A stretch of 64,000 nt of DNA from Setoptus koraiensis (Eukaryota > Animalia > Arthropoda): positions 23,312,001-23,376,000 of the forward strand of contig CM106585.1 of the NCBI GenBank assembly GCA_048013815.1, read 5' to 3'. Positions 1 to 11,300 of this stretch are shown here, piece by piece (position 1 is the stretch's first letter; each line of letters starts with the position of its first letter). The notes below the pieces were generated by a model. The model saw nothing but the letters and a program-made list of their open reading frames with translations, did no database searches and had not been told where the DNA came from. The position numbers were made by a program, and so were the translations under genes.

Positions 1-559
1 TTCAGTGATGTCTACAATGTCTTTTGATTTACTATCGGCGAGTTACAGTCATCTTGAATCACAATCCATCTTGTAGGATCTATTCAAGGTGGGAAATCGA
101 CAAGAAATCGGAGAAATCTAGTGCTGAAAATCGCTCCATGATCGCCGTCTGATTTGATAGCATGTATTTGAAAGCTGATCATGAGTAAAATAACTGAAGC
201 AAACTATTCTCTAGATCTGTTTTCTAGATCCAGTTATCCATGTGAGCGCTACTTTGAAATTTAAAACCGCTCCTATGAGCTCCTTGATTGCTTTTTGAGA
301 CGTTATTCATCTCGAATTGACGCTGAAAGTGCATTTCGGATGGTCTAGTCAGAATGAAAAAACGGATTCACCGGCAGAAACGCACCCATTGCTCTATGGT
401 GTATGCTCAATCGAATGAATGAAATTTCATTGATATTGACGAGAGCAGTTTTTAACGGACTGGCCAATTTTGAGTCGCTTCATCCTCTTATTCCAGTTGG
501 CAGCATCTGACATGATATTCACGGATAGTTTCGGTGCCGAGGACCAGGATCAATTTTGC
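1..559. repeat. Local segmental duplication, copy A1 (truncated by the window edge); direct repeat of 5524-6084
   Basis: Starts ttcagtgatgtctacaatgtcttttgatttactatcggcgag and aligns colinearly with 5524-6084 at roughly 90% identity by eye, with a few small indels. Homology ends at ...ccaggatcaa(t/a)tttgc. Confidence 0.95.
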
Positions 560-1827
560 TACAGACATTATCAACTTTAGTGCCGACTCGCCATTTTTCT
601 TCTGCCATCTGTTAATACATTATCGTCGATGAATTTACCCAGATTGATACTGTTTTAAAGCGCGAAACAACCTTTTCACAAACGACCCCCTCTTGGACAA
701 AGATTTTCTTGTTATAATTTCATCTGCAACACCAAATATCATCTAGTTTCTGTGTAAACTCGACATTTTGATTCTTCTATCTGCCATACCCACCAGTTGA
801 TTGTCAACAGCATTCAATCCAATATTATATTGCAATACAAGCATCTGCATATTAGGTCGAATCGATGTTTTTCTATTGCGAAAAATATTAATCCTGATTC
901 AGTGTTGTACGTTGTTCTGTTAATGAGCAAATACCATATCGTACACGATAATATTTGATTGAACTTGATGTGGACGCGAAATCAGTGGGCATTGAGTTAA
1001 TTGCAACCTGAGAAAATTTATCGGTAATTCACCAGTTGATAGTTCAATAACGCATACTCTTGCTACCAACAATTGTAAGTCTGGCCAGTTCAGAAATCTC
1101 TCGCTATGCCGGTCTCGCCTGTGGACCAACCAAGCTGAACACTCACGTGACAAATTAATTCAGTTATTCAACGCTTATTATTGATTATTCTTTCTCTAAA
1201 CAAGACTGTACATGCCATCGTCATACCTGATTTCAATAGCAGCCATTTGTAGCTTGTTAATTGTGACATGAGCATAGCAGAAGTAAATGCGAGTTAACGT
1301 AAGCTTATCTAATATTTGTGTATTCCAACAAATCTAAGCAAAAAAATAAGAGAGATACGGACAAATTCAAATTCGCATGCTGACTGCGAACGAAGCAAAT
1401 CGGAAATCGCTGCATGATGCTACATGGAGCCTTGCCATTTGTCTTTGAACTGTCGACTCGTAATTGCTGTCCATTTCCCGGTCGTACATTGCATCATGAT
1501 AACATTGAGTTGCCAAAAGAAAGACATAAGAATGACCACGATTATCTGTTTGCGTAGTTAGTATTATTGTGAATATAATTACTATCGTCTTGATGCAAAA
1601 TATTGCTGTTTGAAATCTCTTATTATTAAGTCTTTTTGTCACTCTCGCTCGAATTTTATTTTTGTCTTATTGTATTTATAGCCCAGCGAGGTAGACAGGT
1701 CAGGAGTGTCAATTTGCTAGGATGGATATCAATTTTATCAATTTGTTGAGACTTCTGACGAACTAAAGATTAGTCAAATTGGAATTGCGAACCAACAAGC
1801 ACAATCGGAATACGTTAGTGAGGATAA

Positions 1828-1834
1828 TATAAAT
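1828..1834 (+). promoter_or_regulatory. Putative TATA box of the neprilysin-like gene
   Basis: TATAAAT 145 nt upstream of the ATG at 1973, with an Inr-like TCAT about 28 nt downstream. Confidence 0.4.
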
Positions 1835-1972
1835 AGGGCTGGCACCGGATTGGTGTCATCGAGTTAGATAAGTAGAACTTGTGAGTAAACTTCAAAAGAT
1901 TTACGAGGTCCCAACACGTCTTCCTTATCAAGTATCCAGTGCAAACCTATCAAAGAAAGAATTAACCCGAAA

Positions 1973-3812
1973 ATGAACAAAAAATCAGTTCAATCTTTAA
2001 GTTTTCTTGTAGTAACTCTTGCGTTCTCGAACCTCTTGCAGGGTATTTCAACAAGTCATGTAAACTCAGTGACACAGAAGAGCACCGCAAATCCTACTAC
2101 TTCTCGTGACACAAGAAGCAAACCAAATGACAACGTCTGTACAACCCCCAGTTGTGTCATGACAAGTAAGTATTCAGCACCCAAACATGCTAGCGACCCA
2201 ATCAATCAACATGTCAATATCACCGAAAAAATTGTTTTCTAAAATTCTCATCATGCACAAATCCCCCCAGCTGCTGAAATATTGAGGAACATGAATCAAA
2301 AAGTTGATCCCTGCAGCGACTTTTACGAGGTTAGTCTTATCTTAAAATTCAAAATAGTCAATGTCGGCGCATTACAACCCACTAACGTTTTCCTTTTAAA
2401 CAGTACGCGTGCGGGAATTGGCTCGAATCGCGGAAGTTGATTCCTTTCAATAATGGATTAGACGTGTTTACAGTAACTGCAAAAGATATAGACACACAGC
2501 TGCAACATCTTCTTGGCAGTGAATTGTCTAAACCTGATAGACCAGTTATTAAAAAAATGAAGTCATTCTATGACAGCTGTGTAAATCACTGTGAGTAGAT
2601 CTGAGCGATTAAGTCTCGATTATAAAATGTCTATTTGAGCGCTTCACATTTAGCCCGGCAATTGATCTAGTTATTGTGCAAACTGATAATGGTCATTTAT
2701 CTGGTTGAATGATACAGAGGACTCACTTCGCTAATATGTTTTATTCTAATCTCTCCAATATTCCGTTTGCAGGGCACCTCGTTGAAGAGAACCCCCATCC
2801 TCGATGTTTAGGAGAAGTCAAAAAATATTTTGGAATACCATTGGCATCTTTGTATGTCGAGAAAGTGGTAGACTCGGAAAATGTGAGACGCGTGGACATA
2901 ATGGTCAAGTATGTTAGGAAAGGCTTATTTAAAGTGCTGGAAGAAGCTGACTGGCTGGACAGCAAAACACGAGATGTCGCCCGAATTCGGGCGGAAAATA
3001 TTAAGCAAATTGTTGGATATCCAAAAGAACTGCTCGACTACAGTGAAATCGAAAAGATATACGAAGATCTAGAAATGTCCGAAAGAGATTACGCAAAAAA
3101 TCTAGTCACTCTGGGAAAATCTCACATTTTGAGAAGGATAGAACAAAATCGAGGAAGACGTGAAGTGCGCCCATTCTTTCTAGTAATAGAAGCCAGCCCT
3201 TGGTCATTTAAAACCTTATTCATAATACCTGCAGCGGTTATGCAAAATTGGTTCTACGACAAAGATCGCCCAAGCTATATAAATTATGGCTCAATGGGTT
3301 ATACAATAGGCCATGAGTTGACGCATGGCTTCGATGCAGAGCATGATCTCTATGGCAAATTCAATGGCACGAAGGATCGATTAACGGTGGACAGTCTGGC
3401 GGAGTTCCGTAGTCGTCGTCAATGTCTTATAGATCAGTACAGCAATTGCACTGAACCTGTATCGAATCTAAAAGTAAATGGCACAAAAACAATCCGTGAG
3501 AATATCGCGGATCAAGGCGGTTTAAAATCCGCCTATAATGCATACAATATCTGGAGCGAAGAAAATGGCGAGGAACCAACTCTCCCCGCCCTAAATATGA
3601 CCAATCGTCAACTTTTTTGGCTAGCCGCGGCCAATGTTTGGTGCGGACAGTTCTCGCTAGCTGAAGCACAGAGAAGAATCAAAGATGTTGTACACAGTCC
3701 AAACAAATTTCGAGTCAACACCGCTTTCTCCAACATAGAAGAGTTCATCAATGACTATAACTGTCCCGCCAACTCCCCTATGAATGCGACCATCAAATGC
3801 ACACTGTGGTGA
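1973..3812 (+). CDS. Secreted neprilysin-like M13 zinc metallopeptidase, internally shortened (~492 aa)
   Basis: Exons 1973-2165, 2271-2329, 2404-2590, 2773-3812, all GT..AG and frame-consistent (1479 nt). N-terminal hydrophobic signal-like segment. M13 motifs present: VCTTPSCV, VDPCSDFYEYACGNW, FYDSC, GHELTHGFD (HExxH), ENIADQGG, HSPNKFRV and C-terminal CTLW. Confidence 0.9.
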
Positions 3813-3901
3813 TCTTTTAAATTTCAAACTCCCATGGAGTAACGAATTGCAACTGGAAAGGAGTTCTTGCAGAGCCTCGAGCAATTAGATTCTCGTCAGA
3901 G

Positions 3902-4032
3902 GCATCTGACATAATATTCACGACGTGTTTCACCGGATCACCGATGGCAAGAATCAGTTCTTTCACTGACACATTGATTATCAACTCGTGTGCAGACTCA
4001 ACATTTTTCCTCTACCATCTGTTAATACATTA
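3902..4032. repeat. Third, more diverged fragment of the 'A' duplication family (homologous to 503-622)
   Basis: Shared colinear blocks gcatctgacat(a/g)atattcacg, attatcaact, gactc and ccatctgttaatacatta. Confidence 0.8.
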
Positions 4033-4050
4033 CATGTGATAAGAATAAAC

Positions 4051-4887
4051 AAGTCATGTTAGTTAATGCACTGCTAACCTGTGACCAAGCGACTTCTTGA
4101 TAACTTTATGATAACACGCAATTAAGACTATTCAATATTTATTATTATTGACTTGCAGCCTCAACTAACGCTAGCCCAATGGTGTGTCCACAGTAGCAAG
4201 ATGTTGTTCGTATTGCAACATTTATCCAAGTGTTGGCTTCATCGAATGCGTCGAGTTGAACGAGGCCAACAACGTGCACTAGCATGCAGTCTAGATTGAG
4301 TTCGTTGGTTAAAAGAGTAGCTTGTATATTTGCATATCCATATGCTCTTACATTAGTTAGAGGCTTCCTTGGCTGATTGTGAGCATAACAACTGAAGTCA
4401 AACTTTATGAGTTTTAACTTTCTTGGTTCTTTGTGAAGCCAGCTCATAGATTTCTGTTGATAATCGGACAATGGCGATGGAAATCACCACATAATGTTTC
4501 CTCAACGAGTTGTTTCAAACAATTGTGTGTCCGTTACAGATAGTCACAATAGACGCACATAGCAAACGACAGTTGGGCCCAAATTGGTGTCAATTCTAAG
4601 TATAAATGTATTGAGTGATATATTGAGTGTGACCCCATGAGTGAAGTGTGAACGATATGGATGACAACTATTCAATGCCACTCAATCAGATCTCATCACA
4701 TGCCATGATCCCTGTTATTTTGCAAAGCGACAGACATTCAAACGAGCGCAGCAATTTGTTGTAGATCTAATTGAAAGGTATAACTGAGATACCGCTAAAG
4801 TTGCGATCAAACATAATCGATCTAAACAAGCTGACAGGTGATTATGCTAAAATTTGTGACAGGAAAGAATTGAATGCAACAAAACAT
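4051..4887 (+). pseudogene. Internally deleted duplicate of the Corin-like upstream region and exon 1 (source 7415-9207)
   Basis: Colinear blocks match 7415-8369 with many substitutions and deletions. Then 4694-4887 is nearly identical to 9000-9207 apart from one short indel and one substitution. The first ATG is mutated (gtgatgtgt to gtgaagtgt) and the reading frame is shifted and stopped. Confidence 0.9.
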
Positions 4888-5087
4888 CATGCCAAGTTGG
4901 TCAACGTGTTTATTGCACGAAGAGAGAACGGGCTTATGTCGTTCACTTTAGTGGCGTCTTTATAAGGGGCCGGTCATCTGGCAAGACAAATATCACTTGC
5001 TTGTTAGTTGATATTGATACTTAACTTGTTGCCGTGCGAGATGATACGACGCACTACAACCAGTCTTTCCTAGACGTTGTAAATTTA

Positions 5088-5426
5088 TCAAAACCAAAAC
5101 TTTTCCTTGGGGCAAGGACCTCTGCTTGCTTTAGTCAGTTTGTCTGCAACCCGAAAACATTTAGTATCCTCGACCATGGAACCGCCTTCATCTGGACCAA
5201 GGGGCCTTTTGCAGGACAGCACTGTATGGCACGCTAACTCAACATCCAGTCCGCCTATCGTTTTATCGTTTCCACATCTATCACAAAAATTTTTCCAGGC
5301 TCGAATCTCATTCTTATCATTTGCATTACGTATTGCCGCGTTCCACTCTCTCTGGTTCCCTGTTCGCTTGCATTGTACAACCACCAACAGTAGAATGGCA
5401 CAAAAAAAGATTATTTGATGCTTCAT
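5088..5426 (-). CDS. Small secreted cysteine-rich protein, unknown family (112 aa)
   Basis: ATG-initiated intronless ORF. Signal-peptide-like MKHQIIFFCAILLLVVVQC, then six further Cys. A-rich context before the ATG and an AATAAA on the minus strand at 4909-4914. Confidence 0.7.
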   Translation of the reverse strand: MKHQIIFFCAILLLVVVQCKRTGNQREWNAAIRNANDKNEIRAWKNFCDRCGNDKTIGGLDVELACHTVLSCKRPLGPDEGGSMVEDTKCFRVADKLTKASRGPCPKEKFWF

Positions 5427-5523
5427 CTTCTAAATCTAATTGAATTTATTTATTATTCTTATGTTCTGTGAATATCTAATACTTCTTGCAACAAGCGATT
5501 CGATCTAAGATGAATTTGAATCT

Positions 5524-6084
5524 TTCAGTGACGTCTACAATGTCTTTTGATTTACTATCGGCGAGTTACAGTCATCTTGAATCACAATCCATCTTGTAGG
5601 ATCTATTCAAGGTGGGAAATCGACAAGAAATCGGAGAAATCTAGTGCTAAAAATCGCTCCATGATCGCCGTCTGATTTGATAGCATAAATTTGAAAGCTG
5701 ATCAAAGGTAAAATGGCTGAAGCAAACTATTCTCTAGATCTATTTTCTAGATCCAGTTATCCATGTGAGCGCTGCTTTGGAATTTAAAACCGCTCCCATG
5801 AGCTCCTTGATTGCTTTCTGTTATTCATCTTCAATTGAAGCTGAGAGTGCATTTCTGATGGTCTAGTCAGAATGAAAAAACGGATTCACCGACAGAAACG
5901 CAGTCATTGCTCTATGGTGTATGCTCAATCGGATAAATGAAATTTCATTGATATTGACGAGTGCAGTTTTTAACGGACTTTCGTCTGGCCAATTTTGAGT
6001 CGCTTCATCCTCTTATTCTAGTTGGCGGCATCTGACATGACATTCACGGCGAGTTTCGTTGCCGAGTACCAGGATCAAATTTGC
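5524..6084. repeat. Local segmental duplication, copy A2 (direct repeat of 1-559)
   Basis: Colinear match to 1-559. The minus strand carries a long, stop-interrupted coding-like frame that continues to about 6420. Confidence 0.95.
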
Positions 6085-8319
6085 CATGAGTTGTTTGAAC
6101 TTGCAAGATCGACTCTTCCTCATGCCTAGGGAGAGCAGAATCTGTTGCAAACTAAGATGTTTCTTGATATGAAAAAACTCTTAAGCTTCGTCCGTAGGCC
6201 AAACCTGCATGGGCAGATCTATTTATATTCACTGCTAACACCGAAATTTCGTCATGAGAGGCCCAAAATAGAGAATGCCTCCAACGGAATATCGCTGAAG
6301 AACGACGATTCATGATTTTTTGAATTTCGTGTCACGAGAAAGCTGAAAAATGTGAAGTTTGGATCCCACCAAAACCGATTTTGTTCGCCTCAGTGATAAT
6401 AATTCACGCAACAAAACCAACCTGAGCAAATACTAGACGTCGGCGATCATCTATGAATTTATTTATGAAGCTTATTCTACTGTTGCGACCGCTTTCCAGT
6501 GGCTGACTGAATAGTTTATGCGGATAATGACAACGCAAACAGTGGTGAATAACGCCACCAAGAGCATATCCGCTTGTTTGGCCGCCGAAAATAATTGGCA
6601 ACCATTCGGCAACTGTTAAACAATGCTCGAAGCAGTAGCGTTCGTGTCCAATGAATAATATATATAATGAGTTCCAATATAAAGTATCTGTTGTACTCTT
6701 TGTTTGTTGTTATTCGCCCACATACAGTGCATGCAGAAATATCTGGAAATATCTGGATTGAGAGCATATTACTATCTTATATATTGAGCAATATATTAAC
6801 TAGCGCAGTATTTGTCGGTAGTTAACTAGTATTCGGTCATGCAACCAGCAACAACAACCAACGGTTGGCAGCAAAACAAAAGTCGCACCCACAACCAGAG
6901 CGGACGTGCCCGCCGACAGCGTTGATGCGTTATACTGTTATTATTACATTAGGCATCACGTATCGGTTGCTAGCTAGGCACAGTTGTTGTGGCGACTGTT
7001 AGCGGGCCCCAGTTGGAGAGTGATAGTATAAACAACTATATTAAATAATATCAAGTGATGGCGTGAGCGTTCACACACATCGAGCTAGGTGAATGGCGGC
7101 CGAGCGGTTGCTAGTTGCCAATGGCGATTGGATGCGGATTTTCAGCATCTGTATCAGTTTCATTTTAGGTGTAAGTGTGAGTTTCACTTTGAGAAATAGT
7201 AATAACACAATTGCTAGATACACACAAACAATAACAATATATATTGGCAATAATATCTTCAACGTGCTCGCAATTCCTGATACAACCAACAACAACAGAC
7301 AACAGCATCATATAGCGACAGAGGGGAACGTTGCCAATGGTGCCATCAGCCAATGGCCAACTCGCCATCTAGCTGTCCCAATATGTCTATTGGGTCTATC
7401 AAGTGAATTATAGAAAGTCATGTCTAGCTGCTGCTCTGCTAACCTGCCACCAAGCGACCTCTAGATAACTCAATGATGGCACGCAAATAAAATTATCAGA
7501 CATTTATTATTATTGACTTGTGGCGATATTTGGCGCCTCAACTGACAGTGGGCCAATGGTGCGTCGACGCTGCCAAGACGCTGCTGCTGTCATAACATTT
7601 GTCGGTGGGCCTCGAATGGCTTCGAATCGTTGCCAGTGTTGGCCTTTGCGAATAAAGTTGGTTTGCAGTGAACAAGCAGCAAGTTAAACGAGGCCAACAA
7701 CGCGCATGAACACGCAGCCTAAATTGAGTTTGTTGGTCGAAAGAGTTGCCCGTGTGTCCGATGTTTGTATATCCATATGCTTATATGTGTTTGAGCATGC
7801 CTGTAGCCGCGTTATTACTGCGTGTTATTATTATATAATAAATTACGCAATAGTATAAATAACTATGGTGACACGTGTTCGAAGTGTGGTGCGATATGAG
7901 TCCAGTTGGCAATCACGTTATACGTGTATATACATCTCTATGTGCATATGGATATATATATATATGGATATGGATATGGATATATAAATATATATGGATA
8001 TGGATTCGCGCCCCCGACAAGAATATGCACTTGAGTTAGTTGGTGGCTCGCTTGCGATGCACTAACAACCAAAGTCAAACTTTATGAGTCTTAACGTTCT
8101 TCGTGAGGCCAGCTTATCGATTTCTGTTCGTGATCATAGATTCACAGACAAGAGCGATACAGACAATTGTAATCACTACATAATGTTGCCACAGCCAGTT
8201 GTGTGTCCGTCACTGATAGCCACAATAGACTCATACAGCGAGTGACAATTGGGCCCAAATTGGTGCCAATTCTAAGTATAAATGTATTGAGTGATACATT
8301 GAGTGTGACCCCACGAGTG

Positions 8320-11300
8320 ATGTGTGAACTGAACAATATGGATGATAATTATTTGATGCCATTCAATCACTGTTACACTCCAATATCTATAGATCAGGCG
8401 CATATTGCCCACCAACAACAACTAGCCGCATCGAACGATCAAGATGACAGGAACAATAGTCCAAATGTCGTTTCATTAGATTCTGGACTTGTCAACGATT
8501 ATGATGATTACGATGAGCATTGCGGATGCGAACAACACAGTCCAGTTAGCTCGAAAGATGGTCAATTTTATAATGCTTATCAACAACAACAGCAACAACA
8601 GCATGATATTTGCAGAATAGATCATTGTTCTTTGACGAGAACACCATCAGCATCATGGTCGTCGTCATCCTCGTGCTCGCCATCAACATCGGCAACGACA
8701 ACATCGATGGGAGCATCAACATCTTCGACAGTAGTTACGTCATCTAGTGTGTCTTGCAATTGTAAAACTTCTTGTCATAACAACAACAACAGCAACAACA
8801 ACAAACTGAGCATGACATCATTGCCGGATAAATTCAATCGGTCGGCATGTCAAGAAGATTACTTTTTACGGTTAGACGGCGCTAAACAACAGCGAAAGCG
8901 CAACGGTCAGAGATACCAGCAACAAAAACACAAGCGAAGCAAACAACAACGAGATGGTAGATTGCTGAAATCATGGCAAAAATCTTGTGAAGATGCTCCC
9001 ATCACATGCCATGATCCCTGTTATTTTGCAAAGCGACAGACATTCAAACGAGCGCAGCAATTTGTTGTAGATCTAATTGAAAATTCAATCAATGAAGCTA
9101 TAACTGAGATACCGCTAAAGTTACGATCAAACATAATCGATCTAAACAAGCTGACAGGTGATTATGCTAAAATTTGTGACAGGAAAGAATTGAATGCAAC
9201 AAAACATGAAGAAGAAGAAGAAGTAAAAGACCAAGAACAATCTCAACAGATTAATATCAATATCATGCCTTATGAAGAGCAGCGTTTCGATGAGCAACGT
9301 CTCAGTGATTTACGTCTAAAACAACAAAATCAGCAACTAGGGATAAAATTGCGCCATAATGAACTACAAATGATCGAAGAATTGGAGGAGCCAGCATCAG
9401 ATATGGAGCGGCTGAATCGAGTTGACAGTAGAAATAATAAAATGAGTTATATTAAGAAGAACAGTATCACTCTATATAAAGATAAAAACAATAGTTCGAC
9501 AACATCAATCAAATGTCACACTACTATCAGTCATCCGATTATATCAACAAGTCTAGAGAACAAACAAGATGAACGCAATGCTGCAAGCATATGTGAACGA
9601 ATATTAACAACTATGAAAAATAATGTAATTATATCATTGACATCGTGTTATATATTATTAGCATTGTTGATAGCCGTCATATTTGTTTATCCCTACATGT
9701 TGAGATGTTGGAGAAATGTTAAAATAGAGAAATCATTTCATTTGAGTGAAACTAGCTCTTCAACCACCACTGATAGTGAAACTATTTTAACTAATATGGA
9801 GTTTATGAATGTTGATGATAAATTAGTAAAGCAGAGCAAATTGTTGAAAGACAAAAGTGCCACCAATGATAAGAGTTTGGTTGCTGCTGAAAAGAGGCCA
9901 ATATTGCAAATAAGGGTGGATACTTTCAGTGCAGAACTTAACAATGATTATGATAAGGACAATAACTCAAATAGATGGAAATACAATAATACTGATTATA
10001 CCAAGAATAAGTCGGTCAGTGATGAGCATGTTGCAGAGTCAATGATTAACCAATTAATTGATGATAAAAACAAAAATAACTGGTCAAGTTCGGAGTTGTT
10101 GAATTTAGTCACAACAGCAACAACAAGTCAGGCGAAAAAAGTGTTATTTGTCGACAATAATAGTTCATTAACGGATGACATCAATGAAGATAATGAAACG
10201 ACAACTCTCTTGATTGACTTAGGACTTGACTTTGATCCAGACGCAATAACTGATGGTGGCGACAAATATAATGACATCAGCAGTGATTATGAACACGATG
10301 AAAACAATCGTATCAACAACAGACCAATCAGTGAAAAACTTTTGTCATCGACAACAAACGAGGCAGTAATGCCACCAGACTTGGACAGCTCAATGGTGAC
10401 TATGGCGACCCCATTGCCAACTACTTCAAACTACAACAGTATCAATAAAACTGGCAAAGCTGCATTGTTTTCATCATCATCGCCTGCCACTACAAATAAC
10501 AATGATTCCATGATAATTCCGTTAGCCCAAAAAAATGTCACCGGCGGCACAATGCTGCAAACTGCAACGCCACAAAAACAAATTAAATCATCTTTGGATA
10601 AAGATGATGAATGTCAGCCATTGACTGTGCATTTTTGTCAAACTTTCAATAATCCGCTCGGCGGTCGTGGTGTCACCTATGATCAAGTACTGCTACCTAA
10701 CAGATTTAATCAAAAGAAACAATCTATAATTGAGATAGTTTTAAGCAAATATGAGCCCATTATTGACATTAAATGCTTTCCATTGATGCCACTATTTCTT
10801 TGTTCTATTTATGTACCGAAATGTATTAAAACAAAGAAACCAGTCCTGCCATTACAACAAACAACAACGCCATCTCGTAATTTGCGTGATCATTTTGAAA
10901 CGGGTCCTCCTAATAATTCTAGTTTATTTCTAGCCAATTGGAATGTCTCGCCAGTGAGGCGCACACCTACGCTTGCAGTCAATTCAGCGACAACCAAGAC
11001 ATCTTATTCCACCACAACAAGTGCAACTGTTACTGCCACCACAGCTGACTCTGTTATCGACGTTGTTACGAACAGTGCAAATAGAAAAAGACGGAAAAAA
11101 CGACATCATTCTGAAAAAATTGCAACACACCACAAAGGATATTCTCGAACAGTAATAGATAACATATCAAATATTTTGATATCAACAATTTTCAAGCACC
11201 AACAGAAATACAATGATACATCGAATGAATCAAAACATCGAGACAACAATTTAGTACGAACTGATGCTGTCATCCGAGAAAATTCAAATGAACCAACTTA

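Noticed and set aside
1-7400. Helitron or Pack-type transposon as the cause of the duplication mosaic
   Set aside because: I identified no terminal inverted repeats, target-site duplications, Helitron 3' hairpin-CTRR end or transposase remnants. The mechanism is left open.
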